A DNA stretch of 64,000 nt, taken from NCBI RefSeq assembly GCF_009914755.1, contig NC_060925.1, one strand, 5' to 3'. This document shows, piece after piece, positions 14,830 through 29,648 of the stretch. The notes under the pieces were generated by a model. The model worked only from the letters and a program-made list of their open reading frames with translations. It did not search any database and was not told where the DNA came from. This DNA is from the human T2T-CHM13v2.0 reference genome, Homo sapiens. The position numbers were made by a program, and so were the translations under genes. Within the stretch, counting starts at the first letter, position 1, and every line of letters begins with the position of its first letter.

Positions 14830-15369
14830 AAAGTATCTTCTGTATTCTCTTAATTTTAAATGTCATTATTTGTATTTTAGGGATATTAGACGTTTGTTGG
14901 TCATATATGTTGCAAACACTTTATTCCAGTGTGTCATTTGTCTTTCAACTGTGCTTATTTTTTTTGTTTTGTGCCAAAGTATTTAAACATGTTTATATAA
15001 GCAATTTATCAATCATTTCTTTTTTTATTTGTATCTTTTGTTATAATTAGAAAACTTTACGTTACTCTCAGGTTATATAAAAAATTCATCCATGTTTTCT
15101 TCTAGAACTTACGTAGTTGCATTTATTACATGTAGCTAGGGGCTTGGGATGGGGTTTCTTTTTCTCTATTGCATTTTATTAGTTTGGTTTATATTCCTCT
15201 TTTATTTTGCTTTCTAACATTCTGCATTCTTGGTGGCATCTTGAATTTCCCTTATATCCCAGCATGCTTTTAGTTTTCTTTCTGTGCTTAGATTGAGGCA
15301 TAGTTTACAGAGAGAACCTGAAGTGCCTACCTTTGCCATTTTGCTATGTAGAATCTACAATAGTGTAGT

Positions 15370-15686
15370 CAGTACTGTCTAACAGAAATACGACTTGAGT
15401 CACGTATGTATTTTTAAATTTGCTATTAGTCACATAAACAAAGGGTAAAAGAAACAGGTGAAATTAATCTTAATAATGTAATTTATTTAACTCAGTATAT
15501 CCAAAAGATTATAATTCCAACATGTAATTAACATAAAGCTTTTAAATATTTTTTTTACATTCTTTTCCCATGATCTTCCAAATCTGGTATGATTTCTAGA
15601 CTCACAGCACACCTCAATTCAAACTAGCCACGTTCAAGTGCCCAGTAGCCACATGTAGCCAATGGCTACCATATTGGATGGTACAG
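15370..15686. mobile_element. MER33 (hAT-Charlie MITE)
   Basis: aagaaacaggtgaaattaat...cagcacacctcaatt...tagccacatgtagccaatggctaccatattgga. Confidence 0.85.
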
Positions 15687-16210
15687 AACTAGATATTCCT
15701 ACTTATCCTCATGGAAGACACAACCATCAGAGTGATATATCTAGCATCCAGATTTTGGGAGACTTGATCCTGAAGGAAGATTTAAATAAGTTGATCAGCT
15801 CTGGGAATTTTAGAAATTCCAGGATAAGACCTCTGAGGCACAATTCTCCAAGTAGGAAGCAAAGATCATATATGTAGGTTCCTTTCTTTGGCTCCTTTAT
15901 AAATGTTCTTAGAAGTCTTACCAAGCTGTGAGCAATATGCACAACTGGAAATCACTGTGCCAGTTGTTTACTTGTGGAGAGAGGCTCTTCTGCAACCATG
16001 ATGGTGGAAAGCTTACTTTTTTCATCTTAGCATACTAGCAACATCACTAGTAAAATATCAAGATTCCATGAACCTTATTGAGTTTTGTTAGCCTAATGAC
16101 CTAGGGAGGTTATGGCTATTAAGAATCCTAATATTTGGAAAAGGTAGACTTATGATTAAAACAAGCCCTATGTTTTTAGAGGTGATGACTGGGTACCGTT
16201 TTCTGTGTAA

Positions 16211-16571
<361 letters not shown>

Positions 16572-16720
16572 TCATTCTTAAGTGAAATAAGAAGACTAGA
16601 ATGAAGATTATTTGCTGACATTGAGCAATGTTTGCTCCTTGAGTACTCTATTGTCCAGGACAACCTTGGAAAATGGACCATGAGTTATAAAACTGCTGCA
16701 ATATAGGATATCACAAATCA

Positions 16721-17140
<420 letters not shown>

Positions 17141-18524
17141 TTTTGATTTAAGAAAACTTTAAAGGATGTTCTAAGGCTCACAGAGTATTGTTAATCTTCT
17201 ACCTAAAACCTTTTGAGACTTGATGAAATGTAAGGATCCCGAAAAAGCTGCATGTAAGTACATATAAACAGTATTTGCTAGCAATTGCAGGCCTGACTGA
17301 AATACATGAACTTCAGGTTAGTGGTGGGAAGCCCTGGTTCAATAGCATGTCTCATTTAAAGCAAAATGTAGTTATTTAGTAGTCTATTTGGCTAAGAATT
17401 GGAGACAGAGACAGCAAACTTCTATGGTCAGAAACAGATAGCTGTCTTAATTTATGGGATTTGAGGAAGTAAAGATCAAAATCTTCAGGCTGTGAATCAC
17501 ACTTACTGATTAAGAGCCCTTAGTGCCCAACACTATGAGGAGCAACCCATGAAAGAAAAGTCATAAATATCCTCAAAGAAGAAAACAGACAGTACAGTAA
17601 TATAGTCTGTAATCAAATGCGAACTGGTATAATGTAAATTTACAAATACAGATTGCAAAAAGCACATTTAAATACTAAGAGAATGTATATTACACAGAGT
17701 ATAGTGATAGAGCTTACAATGTTCTTACTTCTGGTTTTCCACTAATAAATTCATATTCAGGGATTATAAATTTCCTGTGACACTTTGCTGAAGGTGCCAT
17801 GGTTTAAGCTTACTGGCCTATTTCCTTCCTGCTTTTGCAGAAAAGTTGCTTTATAGTCAGGAATGAGCAGCTACAGGCAAGCACTCAAGTCAAGTTTCTG
17901 AGGCTTTGTCTCAAAAAGAATGTTACATCTTTGGCTAAGATAGTCTGGGGATAAAAGCCTATTGACTTTAGTGGAACCCTGTGAAACAATATCATTGCTG
18001 ACTATAGCATCTCCTCCACATACCATCTTAAAGAGTTTTTGCTGCAAGAAGAAAAGGCATTCAGTTTCATTTTTTGACAGCTTTAGGTCCTAGAGAGTTG
18101 GTCCCTTAGGTCATTTATGCCGAGAATAGAATGAAATAATTTTCTATTTCTATTTCTTTCTGGAGCTTTAAATAAACATAAACAGTGTTTATATCTGAGA
18201 CTCTGTCACAGAGTTCCCAGACAACCCAAACTCTAGCTGAAGAAAAAACTGGCTTTGTGTTTTCAAACAATGGCCATTTCCAAGTTGGGACATGGAACAC
18301 ATACACATGCCTTTTGTGAGAGCATGGATTCTAAAAAACTGTTTATGTAGAGAAGATGTTAGCTGGTAATATGAGGAACCAGATTACCAGAAGAAACAGA
18401 AAAGAGATAAAGTACAATCTACACTCCCCCACCAACTAGCTCTGAGACCTTGAGTAAGTCTTCACATCTTTAATGCACAGATTTATTGTGAGGGGGAGTG
18501 AGTAAATGAGGTGTTTTGATCAAC

Positions 18525-19308
18525 TGTTACCAAATCCAACTGGGGACCACTTGCACAGCACAGTGAGGCCAAACATCCGCAGTGTGGTTTGCAGCAGGAG
18601 AAAGGAAGGCATTTATTTTCAGGGCACCAAGCAAGAAAAATTGGGAAGCTCATGCTTAAGACCTGACCTCCCCCATGCCTTGCAAGTAAGGGTTTTTAAA
18701 GGCAGGAGTAAAATTCAGAAAAGCAGAAGTTACAGGCAAAATTGTAAATCAGTACATGAAGGTTATACACTGGTTTGACCTAAAGAGGTGTGTCTTGAGG
18801 CAGAAGCTTACAGGTCGTAGGTAGATGCATAGATTTTCTGATTTGAAACTGGTTAAGGAAGAGAAGCTGTGTTTAAAATTTGGGGTCAGCAGAAAAGACT
18901 GTTACCTCTGGCCCATGGGTGTGACTTCCTCCGGGCCCCTGAGGAAGAAATTTAGAGCAAAAAAGACAGTCAGAGTTCAGTCCTCAGTTCCCCCTTATCT
19001 GAGGTCTACGTGCCAGTGGATCTGTTTGGTGGGGGTCTGGGTTTCTGAAAAATTCAGGGACATATATTAAGATGTTATCTTTAGTTTCTATAAGGAATGA
19101 AACATCTCATGACTTTAACTTTCTTTGCTATTGTTTCAACCTACTAGTACCTTCTTCCATATCAAGTTGCTCATTTACCTCTCAATGCTAGCTAGGTGCC
19201 TGGAATTTCCCTTGAAAGAACTCAAGATTTTCCCTTATTTCCATGCGTGCAGAGGTTGGGGGTGGGGTGGGTGGACAGTCCCCGAAGAGAGGTCCCTGCT
19301 CTGACTCA
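18525..19308 (-). mobile_element. ERV1 solo LTR, LTR39-like
   Basis: TG...CA termini, ~784 bp; minus strand reads tgagtcagagcagggacc...caagggaaattccaggcacctagctag...gacctcagataagggggaactgaggactgaactctg. Confidence 0.75.
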
Positions 19309-19921
19309 CAGTGATGAACACAAAGTAAATATTAGTTCAACTAGAGTATTTCTGGCAATTTCTCTTTTCCATAGTATTGAGCCATTAGAACAGAAAAGCC
19401 TCAACATGGAAGAAAAAACAGTAAGATAGAACAATAGTTGTTTAGAGCTGCCTAGGAGTGATCTGATGGAAACAATACATTGGGGTTTTTTTTCCAGACT
19501 GCTTGCTTCTCACCCTTGTGCTGCTTCTCCTAGAGGGGCTGTGTTTGCCAGGACAGCAGCAACCACCATCAGCAGCAGAAACTAGCAACAGTGACGCTTG
19601 GGGCTGGAAGTGTCAGGCGAGCTACACATCAGGGCTGCCATTGAGGTTCAGGCTAGGAAAGAGACTAAGGCATCAGGCCAGGGCTCGTTCAGGAATAAAG
19701 AGACAGTCTGTGAAGAGTCAAAAGGGATAAAAGCCAAAGCCAAGTGGCCTACTCTTTGAGCTCCTACCTCAAATCGACAGCTTATCTGGGACCTAAGTGC
19801 CTGGGAGCAGGACTCTGGGTATGCTTTTATGGCAGTAGCATCAACAGTTTTGCAAGTCTGGAGTAATGTTTGTGATTATGTTTAATGCAAATTCACATGA
19901 TTGCTTCTGCAGGATGCAGTG

Positions 19922-20287
19922 TGATATGGTTTGGCTCTGTGTCCCCACCCAAGTCTCATCTCGAATTGTAATCCCCACGTGTTGATGGAGGGATGTGATG
20001 GGAGGTGATTAGATCATAAGAGTGATTTCCCCCATGCTGTTCTCATAATAGTGAGTGAGTTCTCAAGAGATCTGATGGTTTTATAAGTGTTTAACAGTTC
20101 CTCCTTCACATGGTCTCCCTTGCCTGCTGCCATGTAAGGCGTACCTCCTTCTCCTCCCACCATGATTGTAAGTTTCCTGAGGCCTCCTCAGCCATGTGGA
20201 ACTGTGAGTCAATTAAACCTCTTTCCTTTGTAAATTACCCAGTCTCTGGTTGTATTCTTTATAGCAGTGTAAAAATGGACAAATATA
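19922..20287 (+). mobile_element. MaLR solo LTR THE1D-like
   Basis: tgatatggtttggctctgtgtccccaccc...aattaaacctctttcc...; TSD cagtg. Confidence 0.9.
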
Positions 20288-20466
20288 CAGTGGAAGGAGA
20301 CGGATGTGATTAGAGACTCAGTATCCCTTACTGTGCTGCATTACTGTATTACTCTACGTAGACGTTGCTGTCCTGCCAAGCACTTAGATGCTTCTGCAAG
20401 AAAGTCTGGGTTAGAGAGATTTTAGCAGTATTGAGAGAAATAGATATTGTCGTATTAATTGCAGGC

Positions 20467-20775
20467 TTTTTTCTTCTTTAAGAGAAACTGTTTTGCTCTA
20501 TTGCCCAGGCTGGTGTGCAGTAGTGCAATCATAGCTCACTGCAGCTCTGAACTCCTGGGCTCAAGTGATTCTCCTGCTTCCACCTCCCAAAAAGCTAGGA
20601 TTACAGGTGTGAACCACTGCTCCTGGCTAATTTTTTATTATCAATTTTTTTGTAGAGATGGGGGGGGGTCATACTATGTTGCCCAGGCTGGTCTCGAACT
20701 TCTGGCCTCAAGCCGTCTTCCCACTTAAGCCTCCGAAAGTGCTGGGATTACAGGCATGAGCCACTGTGCCTGGCC
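20467..20775 (-). mobile_element. AluJ
   Basis: Diverged dimer with J diagnostics (tcatagctcactgcagc, cctgggctcaag). Confidence 0.9.
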
Positions 20776-20989
20776 CCTTTTTTCTTTTCTGCTTTACTCT
20801 CCCTCTCCTTTTCTTCTTGCTCAGATAAAATTATATTTTTAGATAAACTATTACCAGCCAGAACTATAACCCTACAGTTACGATGGCCTTCTCAAATAGA
20901 AACTCCAGATGTTTCTGTATTAATAGTTTTTCATAAAGACTTAATATACATCATACTACATGAAAAAGGTTATTTACACGAAATATGCC

Positions 20990-21150
20990 ATTTAATCCAC
21001 ATACAACCCTATTATTATTATATAATATTATCCTGGCAATTTCTACAGACGAGGAAATGGAAAATTCAATGTGGCATAGTCTATCAGAGGCAGAATTGGG
21101 ATTGGAAGCTCTGGTTGCCTCTATGGCTCTTGGCGCTCACAACTATCCTA
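20990..21150 (-). mobile_element. MIR fragment
   Basis: tttaatccacatacaaccctat...tacagacgaggaaa...ggcagaattgggattggaa. Confidence 0.55.
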
Positions 21151-21821
21151 ACCTACTTCATTCCACTCAACTGCTTCCATTGGTCTCCCACATCAGCAAA
21201 CCAACTTCCTGGAGGAAAACCAGGCAGGCCCAAGCTAATCAGCTCAAGCCCTGCCTTGCAGCAGGCTGCAGACGTCAGTAACTGCCTTGCTTCTCCATCA
21301 TTTTAAATTTCACTTCTGAATGCATCATATATCCTTGCCTCTTACCTGTTCTCTGTGCCACTTTATGCAACTTCAGTGCATGAAGTCCTGGCCCTGCCTT
21401 CTTCTGCTTGTGTGCATTTGAGCTTTCTTTTCAGCTCTATTTTTTAGAACTCCATCCCTTCAGGCCTGTAGTTCTTTCACTTGGATGCTGGACTGGACAT
21501 TTGTAGGGATTATTCTGTTTGCTCTCAGAGTTATTAAATCTACTCAACACCCACCTCACTTCCAGAACTTCTTCCAGTTTTTTCAAGCATGGCCCAGGTC
21601 CTTCGATTTATATTAGAAACAAACATCTTACCTATTTCCCTTTTCTGACAACAAGGATATATTTTTAAAGAGAAGCCAATGTATCTTATGTAACCATTGA
21701 TATTATTTTATAGTCAAGAGGTTTGGGGGTGGTCTACCAATTAGAAGGTGTGCAGCCCTTAAACACAGTGTGTGTCTTACATTTTTACATTTTAGAGGCA
21801 TTCATGGTGGATTCCTTGTTC

Positions 21822-22388
21822 TGTCACTGCCTGAGTCACCTTTTCCCCAAAGGTAGTATTCTTTCCTGTCTGGTGTCATGAAGCCAATACACAAAACCTC
21901 AAGTGAGTATCAAGCAGTGCAGGCTTTATTTGATGGCCATGGAATTGAGAAGTGGAAGCGTGGCTCACAGATCAACTTCTCAACCAGCAAAGGTGAGAGG
22001 GTTAAAATGTAAGGTTTCTCTAACAAAGAAGTTGGACATTAACAGCAAAAGGAGGAATGTCTATGTCTTTTCTGAAAATGGGCAGTGAAGTTCTCAGAAC
22101 CAGTGTCATCTTTCTTTTTGTCTTGTTATGACTTCTTCCAGTCATTATTATGGCAATTGTGAACTGTCATGGTGCTGGTGCGAATGTTATTTAGCATGGA
22201 AATGAAATCATAACAAAGTCTAAGGTCTTTTTAAAATTGTTGGGTCAGCCATCTTGCTTCTAACCAGTCTCTCCTGGTCTGGTTACAAAGGGAACATCCT
22301 ACCACAGTTGTCCTATTTCTTAAAGATAAGCAGAGTTAGGGCAAGGTAGAAATTCAGCTAAGTCACGTAGGCATTACACCAGGTAACA
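21822..22388 (-). mobile_element. ERV1-type solo LTR (subfamily not determined)
   Basis: TG...CA termini, 4-bp TSD gttc/attc, tttatt (AATAAA on minus) near the left end; directly abuts a MIR. Confidence 0.65.
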
Positions 22389-22565
22389 ATTCTACCACTT
22401 AATATCATGTAGGATCTTGGGCACGTTGCTGACCCTCTCTAAGGCTGTTTCCCTGATATAAAATGTCAGAAAAAAATAAAATCCTATCACACAGGGATCT
22501 TGTGAAAATAAAATAATGTGTATAAAGCACTAGCACAGAGTCTCACACATTATAACTCACCAAAA
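22389..22565 (+). mobile_element. MIR
   Basis: gatcttgggcacgttgctgaccctctctaaggctgtttcc...tataaagcactagcacag. Confidence 0.7.
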
Positions 22566-22816
22566 ACCAATAAGTGCTTTGTCACCATTAATATTATAGA
22601 ATTCTAGCCTTACCTCTTTCTTATAATCAACAGCTTCTCAGTCCCAACCTCAATCTACTACAAATACATAATGAAAACAGAACCTACATATGAGCTGTGC
22701 TTTGAAAATGGTGAATTGTTAAGCTGAATTTCAACTTTCAGCATGAACCATGATGTACAGATCATTTATATTCTGAAACTGAGGAAAGTTTAAAAAAAAA
22801 AAAAAAAGGTATCTGT

Positions 22817-23195
<379 letters not shown>

Positions 23196-24574
23196 TTATA
23201 TGAGTGGGAGATAAATGTTTTCAAAATTCCATCATCTTAATTGGCTTATGAAGAGTATTTTTTAAAAATAAATCTTCAAAGATTCTAGACTAGCATGTAG
23301 CTCAAGTTAAAAATTTAAGAAGGTGGAGAGAAAAATACTGAAAATGGATGGCAGTGATTTAATGTCAAATTTGTTCTGGTCTACGAATTTTTTTACACAA
23401 AGCTTACTTTTTAGATAAAAGGAATAAACTTTCAAAAAGAACACTAAGAGATGATTCTTAAAGATAGATAGTTTATATATAAATACAAATAGAGAAATAT
23501 AGAGATAAATATTTAGATAGATACAGATACCCTATAAGATAGAGAGCCCTATGGTAACATCCTGGTTGTATTAGGTGCTATTCTGTTTGACGTACTAGAG
23601 TTAGTTACATTTAACTCTGCAATGTTTATTTCATCCTTTTCCTGATTTGAAGAGTCTAATTCTGCTCTATATTATGTACTTCCAGGAATGTGTTGTGTAA
23701 TGACAATGAAAGAGCTAATCAGTTTTTAATGCTAGTGCAACACTAATTTGATGCATACCCTTGTAGATGTTACGTCAACTCTCACCTTATTTTTTGAATG
23801 GAAACACTAATACCAACACAGCTCTACTTTACAGCTAACTAATAACTGATTATTTATTAACATTCTCTTTAAACTAATCACATTGACAACAATGTATGTT
23901 TTTAAATAGGCTTTTTAACCTCTTTTCTCTCCTTAGTGTTTCAGACACATTACACTTCTTCCTGCTCCCATGGCTGCAATTATGGGTTTCCTTTTCCTGG
24001 AATACCAATCAATCTCTTGTTCATCTATCCAAATCTCCTTCTTTCAAGACTCAGTTCAAATCCTAGCTCTACAATAATGTCATTTATCTCCCCCAAACTC
24101 CTACAGCATTTAACATCTGAACCATACATTTCAATTTAATTTTTTGAAGACCACATGCTCATCAGTTTCTCTAAGAGTCTTGCCTGATTATGGTAGGCTC
24201 CTCATGCATTATGCATCCCATTGGTGATGATACGGGGGACTTGCAATATATCAATTCGCATTTATGAATTCAATATTTAATCTGTTCAACTAGATTATCA
24301 TTTACGCAAGAATAGGGACTATGTCTTATATCCTTATAGCAGTGTGTGATCTGACTCTTTCAGGTTGACTCTGTTTTGCAGGCTGATAGATGTCAAGACT
24401 TTGGTTGGGTTATTTTCTCCCCAAGCTAATAAAGTACAATGACTTCAATTGACTTTACGTTTGTTGACTTTCCTTTTGTTATCTGTAGTCTAATTATCTT
24501 TGTTGACAGTCCAGTCTCCCAGAAACCCTGTTGGGCTCTCTAGCACACCTTTGAAGAATGGCCACCATACATAA

Positions 24575-24805
24575 TATGGATTATGTCAGACCGACCTGGG
24601 ATTTATTCCACTTTTACCACTTAAAAGCGCCATCACCCTGGGCAAATAACATAATCTCCCCAAGCCTCATTTCTTCAACTGTAAAATGGGAATATTAATT
24701 GCATCAGGGTCAGAGGGTTGGTTGTAAGCCTTAAGTGAGGGTTGATGTGGGGAATAGATGAGGCAGAGCATGAAACTGTAAGTGCACATTGTAGATATAA
24801 TAGTT
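24575..24805 (+). mobile_element. MIR
   Basis: ctgggcaaataacataatctccccaagcctcatttcttcaactgtaaaatgggaata. Confidence 0.7.
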
Positions 24806-24821
24806 CATGAGAGAGGTTAAC

Positions 24822-25184
24822 TGATATGGTGTGGCTGTGTCCCCACCCAAATCTCATCTTGAATTGTAGCTCCCATAATTCCCATGTGTTGTGGGAGGGA
24901 CCTGATGGGAGATAATTGAATCATGGGAGGGTAGTTTCCCCCATACTGTTCTCATGGTAGTAAATAAGTCTCACGAGATCTGATGGTTTTATAAGGGAAA
25001 ACCCCTTTCGCTTGGCTCTCATTCTCTCTTGCCTGCCACCATGTAAGATACGCCTTTTGCCTTCTGCCATAATTGTGAGGTCTCCCTGCCATGTGGAACT
25101 ATAAGTCTATTAAACCTCTTTTTCTTTATAAATTACCCAGTCTTGGATATGTCTTTATCAGCAGTGTGAAAATATACTAATACA
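24822..25184 (+). mobile_element. MaLR solo LTR THE1B-like
   Basis: tgatatgg...tactaataca termini, THE1B-type body, perfect TSD ttaac. Confidence 0.92.
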
Positions 25185-26136
25185 TTAACAGAGGTTAATA
25201 AAGTGGAAGATAATATAAGTGGAGTCACAAAGGTATTAGGTGGCAGAGCTCTTGAGTCTGGGCATCTAACTGCAGAATCTGGGCTTTCAGCCACTCTGCA
25301 CTCTACATGTAAGTGTGATTGATACTTGAAGAGCCTAAGAAATGTTACCTTCTACTCTTTGAGGTGGAAAATACCTCTCCCCAAGCAAAACAAACATTAA
25401 TATTTAATCACATTTTGGATCTCTTCAAGAGATAAGGAGGATAGAGGATCTTTCTTTGCTCACTTTAAGTAAGAGTAAAGATAAAAAACTCTTTAACTGG
25501 GAAGGCTGAGAGTGCACTGTGGGAGACTGCCTTGCTCCTGGCTGACAGCAACTTGGGCCTACTTTGGCTGGAAGTGGTTTCACTTACCCTACAAGCAATG
25601 AAAACTTTCCAAGGCATGCTTTACTCTTTACCACAAAGGTATATTTAGCTCTGGTATGCTTTGAGCTAGGCAGGTGTTGAAGCACTAATTCCAATTCTGT
25701 CCAAAAGGGCCCTATTCTCACTGCTTTAAAGAGATCTTTCCAGGGCTTGTTTATTATGAAGATTCAAAGCTTTATGCTAGATCCTGAGTCAAATTTAAAA
25801 TCAGTGTCCTCACTTGGTATATAGCAGATGTGTTCACAAAGACTCCCTTGTGCCTGAAGCTGACTGACATGCAGGCTTCCAACCACTGGCTTTAACCCAT
25901 CAAGCAAGTTTCACTTTCGTAAATTCCTTAACACTTTTAGAGAATAAATAAAAGCTCAGGCATTTTTTTAAAGTGTTGACAAATAAATGCGTTGCACTCA
26001 ATCTACTTGAGAGACACGTATGCATTGCTTGCTCCATGCCAAACAAGGACCTGAGCTGATGCTCTGGGGAAGATGATGGAGAGCTGTTGTCCAAGCCCAC
26101 TCTGTGCTCCACACAAGGATGCAGCCCTCATGCTTA

Positions 26137-26346
26137 TGTTAGACAAAGTAACAAATGTGAGAAGCCATGTTTGCCCATCTGCTTGCCAACATAATTTCAC
26201 AAAGCCTCTGACTCTTTGGTGACATGCAGCTCTCTGGAAAGATGCTTTGAAGACAAAACAAGATAGTGCACATAGCTTCTCTATGGCTCTTGCCCAAGTC
26301 ACTATATTTTTTAAGAGGTAAATTACTCCAGTCCTTGCCTTTTCCT
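26137..26346 (+). mobile_element. ERV1 LTR 5' part, MER67-like (truncated)
   Basis: aagtaacaaatgtgagaagcc...cataatttcacaaagcc...gaaagatgctttgaagacaaaaca; stops at the Alu tail. Confidence 0.65.
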
Positions 26347-26358
26347 TTGTTTTAAAAC

Positions 26359-26562
26359 TTTTTTTTTTTTGACAGGGTCTTGCTCTGTCACCCAAGTTGG
26401 AGTGCAGTGGCATGATCATGGCTCACTGCAGCCTGTACCTCCCCAGGCCCAGGTAATCCTCCCACCTCAGCCTCCAGAGTCACTGGCACTACAGGCATGC
26501 AACAGCTTGCCCAGTGAATTTTCTCATTTTTTTTTGGTAGAGATAGCGTTTCACCATGTTGT
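26359..26562 (-). mobile_element. AluJ, 5'-truncated (left arm of fold-back)
   Basis: Poly-T, right monomer, linker, then stops at caccatgttgt. Confidence 0.85.
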
Positions 26563-26568
26563 CAACAT

Positions 26569-26662
26569 CAGCCTGGATAACATGGTAAAATGCTGTCCCT
26601 ACCAAAAAAATGGAGTCACGCACCTGTAGTCCCAGACACTCCGGAGGCTGAGGTGGGAGGAT
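26569..26662 (+). mobile_element. Alu internal fragment in opposite orientation (right arm of fold-back)
   Basis: cagcctggataacatggtaaaa...cacctgtagtcccagacactccggaggctgaggtgggaggat. Confidence 0.85.
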
Positions 26663-26674
26663 AGAAGCAGCTGT

Positions 26675-28498
<1,824 letters not shown>

Positions 28499-28559
28499 TG
28501 GGTTCCAGAGAGAGTTCTATAATCTTCTAGACTTAGGTGTACTTCTGGGCCAGGGCTAA

Positions 28560-28850
28560 GAACCTTAATGAACTGGAGAAATTGAAAGAAGAAAGTCGAC
28601 AAGCAACAAGGGATAGAAAAAAGCTGAGCTGAGGAAATCTGTTAGAAGTCTGCTGTAATTGTTCAGATTGGAAATGATGAGGGTCTGGATTAGGTGGTAA
28701 TAGTGAAGACAGTGGTGGGTGCAGGAGTGGAGACACAACTTTGGAGACAGACTGAACAAGAGTTAGTGATGAAGCTGACATGAGGGAAACAGAGAAAGAG
28801 GAACTAAAATTACTGTTTGCTTTAGAAGTCAGATAACTAAGTGAATAGAT
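28560..28850 (-). mobile_element. L2 fragment
   Basis: ctgttagaagtctgctgtaattgttcag...gatgagggtctggattaggtggtaatagtg. Confidence 0.55.
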
Positions 28851-28884
28851 GTATTAATTAGAAACAATTTTTGAGCACTTATTA

Positions 28885-29648
28885 TGAAACTGCCTTTGCA
28901 AAGATTATGATAATGAGAGAAACCTAGCATGGCTGATTCTATCTGATTTCTAGCCTCACAGGCTGGCTATTGTCATTCATTCTTCGGCATAGGCCAAGCT
29001 AACCGTGGGAGGAATTTAGTTTATATTTTAACTTTGAAGGAAGGATGTCTTAGCATCTCCCAAAAACTGACCCTTTCCTTGTTCCACTGGCTGAAACTGC
29101 CTTTGTAAGACTAATGAAAGGCCACAAGATTAGAGTTATGGGAGAGGCCTGAATTCTGCTAACTGTAGGCATAGTTTCTATAATCCCTTACTACTCAGGA
29201 GTTATGTGCCCAGAGGTCACAAGATTTGAGAATTCCCCATTCATTCCTATAGATAACATCACTGTTACAAAAGCTAAGATTGGTCCTTGGCAATGTTTTT
29301 CTGACTTTTGCATTCTGGTAACTGACTAACCCCACCTGGACTCATGACTCATGTCTCAACTGGTCCTGTGGGCCTCCATTCAGAGATGGACTCGGCACAG
29401 AAGGACTGTTTACACACTCCTATGATTGTATCCCCAACCAATCAGCATTCTCCATGCCCTAGAACCTTGCCCACCAAACTATCCTTGAGAAACCCTAACC
29501 TCTGAGCCTTCAAGGAGACTGACTTGAGTGATAACTTCAGTCTTGGCTACCTTGTGTTAACTAAATTCTTTCTTTATGGAAATACCACATTCTCAGTGAA
29601 TTGGTTTTGCCTGGGCAGTGGGCAGAAAGAGCCCATTGGGTGACTAAA
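28885..29648 (+). mobile_element. ERV1 solo LTR LTR8A-like
   Basis: tgaaactgcctttgcaaagattatga start with internal repeat of tgaaactgcctttg; ccccaaccaatcagca; TSD atta. Confidence 0.85.

Larger units (their letters stand above)
14140..15135 (-). mobile_element. L1ME-type fragments (interrupted)
   Basis: T-rich L1M antisense motifs (catatatgttgcaaacac, caatttatcaatcatttctt, tgttttcttctag). Confidence 0.6.

Noticed and set aside
19254-19274. G-rich run as a G-quadruplex
   Set aside because: Only three tracts of at least 3 G; lies within an LTR
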